From IMG/VR virus record IMGVR_UViG_3300037516_001099: 64,000 nucleotides of DNA. One strand, written 5' to 3'. Shown one piece after another: positions 9,297 through 17,506 of this stretch. The first letter of the stretch is position 1, and each line of letters opens with the position of its first letter. Position numbers and translations under genes: made by a program. The notes beneath the pieces were generated by a model. The model searched no databases, had not been told where the DNA came from, and saw nothing but the letters and a program-made list of their open reading frames with translations. Source of the DNA: an uncultured virus (IMG/VR IMGVR_UViG_3300037516_001099). Lineage: Duplodnaviria > Heunggongvirae > Uroviricota > Caudoviricetes.

Positions 9297-9475
9297 TTTT
9301 TCTGTTTTGCTTCTTCTTCTTTTATATAATTTATTAATAGCGTGATATAAATCTCCCTCTCCCATGGCAACATATTATCCAATTCCGTTAAACTATACTT
9401 GTGATGCTGAAGTAATGAAAAATTAGTTTGATAATAATTACTTAATGATTCATGTGAGAGGGCTATTCGAAAAAA
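9293..9475 (-). CDS. 51: gp51-like baseplate hub assembly ORF with no upstream ATG (candidate -1 frameshift extension of gp26)
   Basis: FFRIALSHESLSNYYQTNFSLLQHHKYSLTELDNMLPWEREIYITLLINYIKEEEAKQKK*, absent from the ORF track; QHHKYSL..L.NM.PWERE is the short gp51 signature. Confidence 0.8.
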   Translation of the reverse strand, partial: FFRIALSHESLSNYYQTNFSLLQHHKYSLTELDNMLPWEREIYITLLINYIKEEEAKQKK

Positions 9476-10176
9476 GATTGTATTCCAGATAGAGTCATAT
9501 CATTATCTTTTTTACACTTAACGCACTTAAATTTAATATTATGTTCAAGTTTGGGTGACTGTGCAATATATTGCTCTATTTTAGAAAGTTGAGCGCGATT
9601 TAAACTATTGACAAATGTCAATAATTCCTCATGCGACGTTTCATCGGCTCTATAGACGCCATTGTCATCAAAAATTGTCTCGATCGATGCAATAATCATG
9701 TTTGTTATTGCATCCATATTAATATTAGAGTCGTCGCCAACAACAGACGACATATCATTAACTTTAATATATTGTAAAATTATACCTATTTTATCGGTTA
9801 GCATAATTTTATTACTTAATTTGGCTTCTGGCCAAACGAGTTGTATTTCATCAATGTTTATAGCAACTTCGTTATATGTTTCGCAATGTTCACACTTACA
9901 TTTAATATTACTAATTTCGCCTACGCTTTTTGCTCGTAACTTTAAGAAAATATATTCAATATCAAATGATGTTAATTGCTCAGTCTTTATATTGTTAAAT
10001 GTACATACGTGTATAATATCTTTAATAGCAGATATCATTTCAGCAGAACTATTTGCTTCCTGCGCAAGTAGTAATATCTTTTCTTCTTTTACAAGAAATG
10101 GGCGATACTCAATTGACTGCGACGTTGATGGTACAGTCAATACATATTTTGGTGATTCAAGTGTTGGTAATGGCAT
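9463..10176 (-). CDS. 26: Baseplate hub protein gp26
   Basis: YRPFLVKEEKILL, FDIEYIFLKLRAKSVGE, two CxxC pairs, C-terminal QSFFE. Confidence 0.92.
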   Translation of the reverse strand: MPLPTLESPKYVLTVPSTSQSIEYRPFLVKEEKILLLAQEANSSAEMISAIKDIIHVCTFNNIKTEQLTSFDIEYIFLKLRAKSVGEISNIKCKCEHCETYNEVAINIDEIQLVWPEAKLSNKIMLTDKIGIILQYIKVNDMSSVVGDDSNINMDAITNMIIASIETIFDDNGVYRADETSHEELLTFVNSLNRAQLSKIEQYIAQSPKLEHNIKFKCVKCKKDNDMTLSGIQSFFE

Positions 10177-10209
10177 AATGTTATTATTTATTATATAGTT
10201 TTTTTATAT

Positions 10210-10812
10210 TCAGGCTAGATTAATATTGGCTCTGCCAAAGTCATTGGTGTCAATTGTTGCGTTTTGCACCGAGCTTCCAGAGGTCGGATTAATTTTAAGT
10301 TCGTCATATGTAAATACAACAGTTACTTTTGAAATACTTGATTCGGCACCGTTATCTAAATCAATTGAACCTATTGAAATGGGATAAGCATTTACTAGTT
10401 GTACGGCGTAAACTACACCATCGCTTTCGTCTAGTTGTGCAATTGCTATATCTCGTTTATACTCTGCATCATACGAGAGTAAATACGAATTGATGTTTAT
10501 TATTTTTTCCATCCAACTATCCAATGCGGTTTTAACCACATAGTTATTTGTTAGGTTAAAGTTCATAGTAACATCATCCTCAGTATACCCAGTTGGTATT
10601 TTTAAAGGACGAGCCATGCCTATTCTGTCATACTCTATAGTGTTAATTTGCTTGCTTGGTATATTAACAGTTTCACATAAAAAATTTAAATCACGTGTGT
10701 CTAGTTCTCCGCTCCCGGGTATGTCAGTAATTTGTATTTTAAATCGGTTTGACCTAGCAAATCCTTTATTTTTTAAGATAGCGCTTTTAAAGTCTCGTAT
10801 TGAAGATGACAT
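10210..10812 (-). CDS. Tail-tube-fold protein (gp54-like tube initiator)
   Basis: GFARSNRF, LCETVNIP, NAYPISIG..LD, VVFTY. Confidence 0.7.
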   Translation of the reverse strand: MSSSIRDFKSAILKNKGFARSNRFKIQITDIPGSGELDTRDLNFLCETVNIPSKQINTIEYDRIGMARPLKIPTGYTEDDVTMNFNLTNNYVVKTALDSWMEKIININSYLLSYDAEYKRDIAIAQLDESDGVVYAVQLVNAYPISIGSIDLDNGAESSISKVTVVFTYDELKINPTSGSSVQNATIDTNDFGRANINLA

Positions 10813-10813
10813 A

Positions 10814-11398
10814 TTAGATTAGTGTGCGTGTTTTTTGCCAAATTGAAACGTTCTTTTTACCAATGAAAGAATCAGTTGGTAAAAATAGTGCTATTTCCCA
10901 TTCGTTTGGAAGCACCTCAACTGTTTTGGAGACGATATGTTTGTATAGGTAATGCTTAAAGCAGGGAGCATATGCCCGTAGTTTTGCAGTGCTACTTAAC
11001 ATATTGTAAGATAACCTAAATCGCGTAGTCTCATCTAATTTTTTATTATTCATATTATCCATTAGACGATCAAAAAACATTGCGCGTTGACGTGGTGGTA
11101 AGTAATGTAAGTTTAGACCATAGAACCCTTTTTTAGCCGGTCCTATCATGAGTATAAGCGGAAAGCGGTCATAGTATGGTAATGTCTCTTTATGTTTTGG
11201 ATCATATAAAAACATAAACATGCGGCCAATAAGAGGTCTGCTTCTAACTTCTAGTGAATCGTCATTTAATATTCTCGTGGGGGTTATATTTGTTATGCTG
11301 CGTATTTTACGCAAGAACCAGTCACGCGACTCTGCCGTTCGTGGCAAAAAACCCGCACGCTCAGCGTCAGATTGTATCTTCGAAAAAAGAGACGGCAT
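10814..11398 (-). CDS. 2: DNA end protector gp2
   Basis: YDPKHKETLPYYDRFPLI, GLNLHYLPP, CFKHYL, WEIALFLP. Confidence 0.93.
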   Translation of the reverse strand: MPSLFSKIQSDAERAGFLPRTAESRDWFLRKIRSITNITPTRILNDDSLEVRSRPLIGRMFMFLYDPKHKETLPYYDRFPLILMIGPAKKGFYGLNLHYLPPRQRAMFFDRLMDNMNNKKLDETTRFRLSYNMLSSTAKLRAYAPCFKHYLYKHIVSKTVEVLPNEWEIALFLPTDSFIGKKNVSIWQKTRTLI

Positions 11399-11403
11399 AT
11401 ATC

Positions 11404-11411
11404 TATTTATA
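11404..11411 (-). promoter_or_regulatory. T4-type late promoter TATAAATA
   Basis: 5 nt upstream of the gp2 ATG. Confidence 0.75.
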
Positions 11412-11419
11412 CTGTTTTT

Positions 11420-11875
11420 TTATGTCAATAGCTTAATTCCAAGACCTTTAATTACGTCTTCTGTCCAAATTTCAAATACCCATCCACGGTCAGCACAATA
11501 TTCTTTTGCTGCTTCCCACTTTGATATATTTTTAGCATAGGTTAGCACCTCCGTAATATACCTCTTTGTTTTTATGGCGCGGACAACTGGTTCCTGTGTT
11601 TGCTTTTTTGGTTTTATTTCAATAAGATATGTAGTTCCAGTTTTAAATGTTACTTTTAAGTCTACAAAATATCTATGGCTCTTTCCATCTGACCGGCATC
11701 GATATGGCACAATCGTTTCTTCGCTACTCCAAGAGACAACTGCTGGGTTGTTGTCACACCATTTAAAAACCTGGCGTTCCCATGATGATCTATAGACTAC
11801 AGCGGATGCGTCTCCATTATATTTTTCTCTGTGTATTACGCGATATTTACCACTATAATAATGCCGTTTTGTCAT
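11420..11875 (-). CDS. 4: Head completion nuclease gp4 (TnsA-like)
   Basis: YRSSWE, WSSEE, HRYFVD, IEIKP, KWEAA. Confidence 0.93.
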   Translation of the reverse strand: MTKRHYYSGKYRVIHREKYNGDASAVVYRSSWERQVFKWCDNNPAVVSWSSEETIVPYRCRSDGKSHRYFVDLKVTFKTGTTYLIEIKPKKQTQEPVVRAIKTKRYITEVLTYAKNISKWEAAKEYCADRGWVFEIWTEDVIKGLGIKLLT

Positions 11876-11890
11876 ATAAATACTTATATG
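11873..11890. promoter_or_regulatory. Palindromic divergent late promoter
   Basis: CATATAAATACTTATATG: TATAAATA on + (11875-11882) and TATAAGTA on - (11888-11881), each 5 nt from an ATG. Confidence 0.65.
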
Positions 11891-12622
11891 GCAACAACTT
11901 CTTTTCCAGACAACCGAGATAAAATGGCGCGGCGTCCTACTATTAGATTTTCATGTGATGGAGCTAATTCGGCTATTATCATATTGCCTATGCCAGGATC
12001 GTTGCAGTTTGGTGATGGGGCGTCATATAATAATGCCGAGTTGGGTGTTAGGGGCAACCTGGTTGCAGGCGCAGCTGCGAGTGCCCCAGGCAGCGGTGGC
12101 GACCCTGCTTCACTAGCAAAGACGTTTGATGGAATAAAAGATGCGGGATCAAATGCTTCAGTGGCAAGTATACTGCAAGGAATTGCTAGTACAATGAATA
12201 TTGGAGAAAATGTGGCAAGTGCAATTAGTATTGGTACTGGAACAACATTAAATAAAAACATAACTACAGAATTTACTGCTACAAACACACGAGTCTTTTC
12301 GTTTGCCTTTCAATTAATTTCTACTAGTATATCAGAAACAGCAAAGATTAGAGAAATAGTAAATGCGTTTCGTTTAAATCTTTATCCAGAGGGAGATGAG
12401 TTACAATTAAAATATCCACCCAAGTGGGATATAAAGTTTCTAGCTGATGGTGGTGATATACCAGACATACCTAAAATAGGTAAAACATACTTAACCGAAG
12501 TTAGTACAACATTTAACGGCTCGGCTAATATGTGGAGGACTGATGGCTCACCGCTTGAAACGTCTATTCAATTACAATTTATGGAAACTAAAGCATACAG
12601 ACGAGACACTTTACCAAAATAA
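11888..12622 (+). CDS. Baseplate tail-tube cap gp48-like
   Basis: IILPMP, RVFSFAFQL, LKYPP, LQFME; lies before gp53; start set at ATG 11888. Confidence 0.75.
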   Translation: MATTSFPDNRDKMARRPTIRFSCDGANSAIIILPMPGSLQFGDGASYNNAELGVRGNLVAGAAASAPGSGGDPASLAKTFDGIKDAGSNASVASILQGIASTMNIGENVASAISIGTGTTLNKNITTEFTATNTRVFSFAFQLISTSISETAKIREIVNAFRLNLYPEGDELQLKYPPKWDIKFLADGGDIPDIPKIGKTYLTEVSTTFNGSANMWRTDGSPLETSIQLQFMETKAYRRDTLPK

Positions 12623-12625
12623 ACA

Positions 12626-13681
12626 ATGTTATTTTTTTCAAAGTATCCCAAAATAAACTATGATTTATTTTCAGATGGTTCGGTATTTGAACTTACTGAC
12701 ATTTCTCGTGCTATTATTCTAAATTCAAATCGTATAGGCGATGACGACACGCCATATACATACTACACTATAAATGACGGTGATAGACCAGATGTAGTTT
12801 CACACAAGCTTTATGGTGACTCTTCATATTATTGGACTTTTTTCATATTAAATGAGTTTTTACGCGACGGTTACACCTCCTCTTGGCCGCTCTCATATCA
12901 CAATTTTATAAAAATGATAGAGCGTGAGTATAGTAGGTTTTCATCGATATCTATACTTCCGACAGTTGAACCAGAAAAAGACCTCAATGGCACTGCCACG
13001 CTTGATATATCATTTATACCACTAACTTCGCAATACGCGCCATACTTAAAATTTGCATCTGGCGATGGCAGTTATTTTTCAACATTTGTTAGGTATGATG
13101 CCAAACGCAACCAATGTATTATAAGCGATATATACAAAATTAATAAGAGTGCTGGAATTGGTAATACTATTATTTCTACACGAATTGATAATATACCTAG
13201 AGAAGATTTTGTAGAAAATACTGGCTTGTCATATAAAATAGCATGGGATGATACTGTGCGTGAACGCGGATTGTCTATTACTGACGCGAAAAATAAGAAT
13301 ATTGCGCTTAAAGCAGAATGGATTGATACTATATATTCTAATATCAAAAAATATGATCTAATTGGCATAGGGGAACATATCGCTGCAGCAAGTTCAAAGG
13401 AAGAATATATCGCGTCTAAGAAACTTGCAGTTGCAAAAAAGGAATTTAGGTGGAGTGATTACGCAAATGCGGCATACCAGTATCGTTCTCTCGATGACAC
13501 CATTTTATCATCATATGATGTATTAACAAATCCAAATATAATTAATCCACTAATAACATCATTTTATGATTATGAGACGTCAATTAATGACTCAAAACGT
13601 ATGATAAAAACAATACGTCCAGAATTTATAATTAACTTTTCTGATAAATATTTTGAAGAATTAAACGATACGTTGCTATAA
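12626..13681 (+). CDS. 53: Baseplate wedge gp53
   Basis: FFSKYPKINY, GDRPDVVSHKLYGDSSYYW (LysM-like), C-terminal YDYE..ND.KR.IK.IRP. Confidence 0.88.
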   Translation: MLFFSKYPKINYDLFSDGSVFELTDISRAIILNSNRIGDDDTPYTYYTINDGDRPDVVSHKLYGDSSYYWTFFILNEFLRDGYTSSWPLSYHNFIKMIEREYSRFSSISILPTVEPEKDLNGTATLDISFIPLTSQYAPYLKFASGDGSYFSTFVRYDAKRNQCIISDIYKINKSAGIGNTIISTRIDNIPREDFVENTGLSYKIAWDDTVRERGLSITDAKNKNIALKAEWIDTIYSNIKKYDLIGIGEHIAAASSKEEYIASKKLAVAKKEFRWSDYANAAYQYRSLDDTILSSYDVLTNPNIINPLITSFYDYETSINDSKRMIKTIRPEFIINFSDKYFEELNDTLL

Positions 13682-13683
13682 TT

Positions 13684-15591
13684 ATGTCAACAAATTCAAA
13701 TGCGCCAACACATACTAAAAATACTCCTAAATCGGGTTATTCTGGACAGGGCGAGGCGAGGCCACCAGGTGCGTTTAATGTGGTAAAACTAGACTTAATT
13801 AGTTCGACTGGAGTAAGAAAAGATATAAGAAGCCTAGTTGAATCATTTACAATTACTTCGGAATTATTTTCTCCAGTAGTAACATTTTCTGCAACAATAC
13901 GCGATAACCAAAAATTATTTGAGCCGGCGGCTGGAGAAGCATTTCAAATATGTGGCCAAGAAAATATTGAAATAGAAATTGATCCAATTCACCCAGTTGA
14001 CCTTGGCTCGACCCCAATTAAACATACATTCTCAGTAAAGGAGTATCCAACACTTACACGCACTTTAGACTTTCCAGACGTCCAAATTTATACTGTTTTG
14101 GCAATTTCTGAATTTGCATATCGTAGTAGTCTAATGAATATATGTAGACCACTTTTTGAGGATCAACCTTTAGAAAAAAATATAGAAAGTATTTTTAAAG
14201 ATGATTTGGGACAACGGGAATTTAATGTTAGAGGAAAAGTTGACAATTATTTTGACGGAATTATAAACATTCAGCGACCGTTGAAGGCGGCGGATTGGTT
14301 GAGATCGCGATCATTTGATGGTAACTCTCCATTTTTCTTACATAGCGATACTACCAAGCCGGGGGTAATATTCATGTCGTCATGGAAGTATTTGTCTGAT
14401 AAGTCTCAAAACGGCTCAAAGGTAAAATATAGTTTTAGACCGTTTTCTACTAAAGAACCAGGCACGCCCGGTCATACTTTTGAGGAGCGAACCCGAATAT
14501 TAAGTATGACGTCTGCAATTAAACTTGATCGCTTGAAGTCTGCAAATTCTGGAGCATATGCCAGTCGATATAATATTACCGATTTTGCGTCAAAGTCATT
14601 TTATATTTCAGATTTTATAAGCGCGACACCAGACCCAAAATCTGATTGGATTCCACGAAAATATAAAATTACAAAAAGAGACGGAACTATTGCGGCTGAA
14701 CCTATGAATAGTATACCAAGTTCAGCTGTTGTAAGTGCACACACTAATAGCACTCCTACCGGCTCTGTCTATAACTCTATTACGACGGGTATAGAAAAAC
14801 TACCATATACTAGGGCATTACTAGCCAGGTTAAATGAATCAACACATGAGATTGTTGTGTATGGTCGCTCTTTACTGCAAGCAGGGGCAATAATAGAATT
14901 AAAAGTATTGAAACCCAAAGCGGGAAATGACGCGGCAGCAAAACCACAATCAGAACCACAAATTGACCCACTTGCTTCTGGAAAATATATTATACTTGTC
15001 GTGTCATCAATTTTTTCAGAAGGAATATATACAAATAAACTAAAACTTGCTAAAATGGTTCCCAGTTTGATTGGCGAAATTATGGAACCAACCGGAGGGT
15101 TGGCCGCAAATAAAAGCGGAATAGAAGGCATTACTAGCACCATAAACCCGCCACCTAGCGCTGACGCAAATAACGACGGTACTATCAGTGACTCTGAACG
15201 CGATAATTATGTTAAGAGTTTAGGCAATACTACACGTGGTGGAACTACTGGGGTTAAAATAACCAGTTATGGTCAAGCGAATGACAGCACTGGAGATAGC
15301 AACACGCAGGCGCAGAGGGGATTTGCCAACAACCTACTCAGGGAGGGATCTGTTGCCCTTTCCCCGGATATTTACAACCAATATAAACCACCAATCGGGT
15401 CGGCAGTGTATGTTAATGGTCAACATGTCGGCTATTATGAAGATAGAACTCCAGCTAGTTATAATGGACAAAATTTTGGCCAGACTATTGACGTATATGA
15501 CCCCAATAATCGCTTAGGTTCTGTTCTAAAAAATGCGGGTGATGCACAGCTCACTTTCGGACCTGCGCGGCCACAAATCTCAAACCCATGA
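13684..15591 (+). CDS. Baseplate hub (gp27-like) protein with an EF-hand loop and a C-terminal 3D/RlpA-like domain
   Basis: Sits between gp53 and gp5; SGKYII motif; DANNDGTISDSE; ITSY...VALSPD...YEDR...IDVY. Confidence 0.6.
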   Translation: MSTNSNAPTHTKNTPKSGYSGQGEARPPGAFNVVKLDLISSTGVRKDIRSLVESFTITSELFSPVVTFSATIRDNQKLFEPAAGEAFQICGQENIEIEIDPIHPVDLGSTPIKHTFSVKEYPTLTRTLDFPDVQIYTVLAISEFAYRSSLMNICRPLFEDQPLEKNIESIFKDDLGQREFNVRGKVDNYFDGIINIQRPLKAADWLRSRSFDGNSPFFLHSDTTKPGVIFMSSWKYLSDKSQNGSKVKYSFRPFSTKEPGTPGHTFEERTRILSMTSAIKLDRLKSANSGAYASRYNITDFASKSFYISDFISATPDPKSDWIPRKYKITKRDGTIAAEPMNSIPSSAVVSAHTNSTPTGSVYNSITTGIEKLPYTRALLARLNESTHEIVVYGRSLLQAGAIIELKVLKPKAGNDAAAKPQSEPQIDPLASGKYIILVVSSIFSEGIYTNKLKLAKMVPSLIGEIMEPTGGLAANKSGIEGITSTINPPPSADANNDGTISDSERDNYVKSLGNTTRGGTTGVKITSYGQANDSTGDSNTQAQRGFANNLLREGSVALSPDIYNQYKPPIGSAVYVNGQHVGYYEDRTPASYNGQNFGQTIDVYDPNNRLGSVLKNAGDAQLTFGPARPQISNP

Positions 15592-15680
15592 TAATTGATA
15601 CATTAACATTTGCCGACTGCAAGGAAAATGCAGTACAACAGTATAGGTGTGTCGTTTTAATCACCACAAAATTAATATGA
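15588..15680 (+). CDS. 30-aa micro-ORF bridging the hub gene and gp5
   Basis: MIIDTLTFADCKENAVQQYRCVVLITTKLI, with ATGA overlaps at both ends. Confidence 0.35.
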   Translation: MIIDTLTFADCKENAVQQYRCVVLITTKLI

Positions 15681-16630
15681 GAATTGATAACTGGTTTGCC
15701 GCTATTGTAACAAATATTGCTGATCCACTGGGTGCAGGTCGTATACAGGTTCGGTGCTATGAGTATCACGAACTCGACGATGCAAATAGAATACCAGACG
15801 AAAGATTACCATGGGCCACACCAATGTTGCCAATTACAAGTGCCAGTAGTTCTGGTGTAGGCACCAGCGCTACTGGATTAATGGTCGGCAGCTGGGTATT
15901 TGGTTTTTTTAGAGATGAAGATTTGCAAGATCCAGTTGTAATTGCAACAATACCCGGATCTACAAACCTAAGTGGAGGAGGCGCCGATATACCAGATGAC
16001 GCATCGGCAGCTTCTGTTGGTGCTTCATTTGCCAGTGCAACAAATACTTCTCAGTATGTGGGGGATGCGCCAGTGGCAAATACTGCAAACACTACAGCCT
16101 TTGGTGACAAAGCTATGCCTGGAGCGGCGGGCGGGATTGTAGGACCACCTGCACCAGCCACAGTATATACAAAGACTCTTGAAAATACATCTAATTTTAT
16201 TACTAATGGTGCAGATATGGCTGGTCTAAATTCCGAATTTAGACAGCGATGTGAAAATATGGCAGCGGAATACACACAACTGACCGGTAAAAGAATGACT
16301 GTAACTGGTAAAAGAAGTGCCTATAGAACATATGACCAACAGGTTCAGATTTATAACACTGCTAGAAAAGGATATGCGGCGACACCCGGTACATCTAATC
16401 ATGGTTTTGGATTTGCCCTCGATGTTAATTCCGCAGACGTCAATAAAGCTGCTCAACTAGGTCTTTTAACAAAACACCGTCTATTTAGGCCAATGATGAG
16501 TGCTAAGTTGTTTGAACCATGGCATATAGAACCTATAGGACTTGACAGATCTTATCTGGCACAATATCGTGGCCGAAAAGAGTCTGGGAAATTTACTGGA
16601 GATCAACTTGGTGCTGCCTTGCCAACATAA
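15677..16630 (+). CDS. 5: gp5 N-terminal OB-fold fused to an M15-family Zn peptidase
   Basis: DPLGAGRIQVRC, LPWA, GSWVFGFFRD; SAYRT..QQ, PGTSNHGFGFALD, EPWH. Confidence 0.85.
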   Translation: MRIDNWFAAIVTNIADPLGAGRIQVRCYEYHELDDANRIPDERLPWATPMLPITSASSSGVGTSATGLMVGSWVFGFFRDEDLQDPVVIATIPGSTNLSGGGADIPDDASAASVGASFASATNTSQYVGDAPVANTANTTAFGDKAMPGAAGGIVGPPAPATVYTKTLENTSNFITNGADMAGLNSEFRQRCENMAAEYTQLTGKRMTVTGKRSAYRTYDQQVQIYNTARKGYAATPGTSNHGFGFALDVNSADVNKAAQLGLLTKHRLFRPMMSAKLFEPWHIEPIGLDRSYLAQYRGRKESGKFTGDQLGAALPT

Positions 16631-16665
16631 CAGTTAATTTTAATTATATATAGAATACGTAAACT

Positions 16666-17502
16666 ATGTCAAATAATACATATAATCAGCCATTCCCAGT
16701 TGATCAGTCTGTGTATCCATACAATCATGTGACACAGACTAGAGCTGGACATATATTTGAAGTTGATGACACCCTCGGCAATGAACGTATACACGAAAAA
16801 CATAAGACAGGTACATTTCGTGAAATACGCCCTGACGGGTCAAAGGTTACTGTTATAGTATCAGATCGGCATACTACAGTATGCGGAAGCGACTTTGTAA
16901 CAATTACTGGTGATGCGAATATTACAATAAACGGTTCTGCAAACTTAACAGTTAATGGAAACTATAACCTAGAAGTTAATGGTAGTATGAATACAACTGT
17001 AAAAGGTGAATATAAATTAAAGGTTGGTGCAGCATATAAAAATGAAGTTGGCGGAGATAAGGCAGAAAATATTGTTGGTAAAAAAGATAGTATAGTTGGT
17101 AATGGTGTAAGCAATACAGTTAGAGCTGGAGGAGTAACTAGTATGGTGATTGGTAGTATTGAGGAAACTGTCCTTGGTGGTTATACTGGAGCATTTACTG
17201 GTTCATGCGACATAACAGGAGCGCTTGGAGTAAGTCTATCAGCACCAGCTGGAGCAGCTACCCTGGGTGGACTCTCTGCTTCGGTTGATAGTGCAACAGT
17301 ACTCAATTTAACTTCACTCGCCGCAACAAACATGACTTCAACTTATACTAATATATCTACTGCATTAGTAACTATATTGGTGGGTTCGTTAATTGCAACT
17401 GGAGATGTTAGATCATTGGCTGGCACACGAGGCTTAAATACTCACATGCATGCCGCTGGTGGATATATGAGCGGCTTAACTACTATACCATTGGTTGGAT
17501 AA
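16666..17502 (+). CDS. gp5 C-terminal spike (beta-helix) with HxH apex
   Basis: YPYNHV..T.AGH..E.DDT.GNERI...H..GT..E, VxG repeats, THMH near the C-terminus. Confidence 0.85.
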   Translation: MSNNTYNQPFPVDQSVYPYNHVTQTRAGHIFEVDDTLGNERIHEKHKTGTFREIRPDGSKVTVIVSDRHTTVCGSDFVTITGDANITINGSANLTVNGNYNLEVNGSMNTTVKGEYKLKVGAAYKNEVGGDKAENIVGKKDSIVGNGVSNTVRAGGVTSMVIGSIEETVLGGYTGAFTGSCDITGALGVSLSAPAGAATLGGLSASVDSATVLNLTSLAATNMTSTYTNISTALVTILVGSLIATGDVRSLAGTRGLNTHMHAAGGYMSGLTTIPLVG

Positions 17503-17506
17503 TATT

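Noticed and set aside
9297..9365. N-terminal extension of the tape-measure ORF to 9365
   Set aside because: It overlaps the gp51-like frame; ATG 9296 with an ATGA overlap is the better start
7507..10198. Plus-strand ORFs of 112-179 aa opposite the tape measure and gp26
   Set aside because: Antisense shadows of real genes with no recognisable motifs; the same applies to most short minus-strand ORFs over the fibre genes
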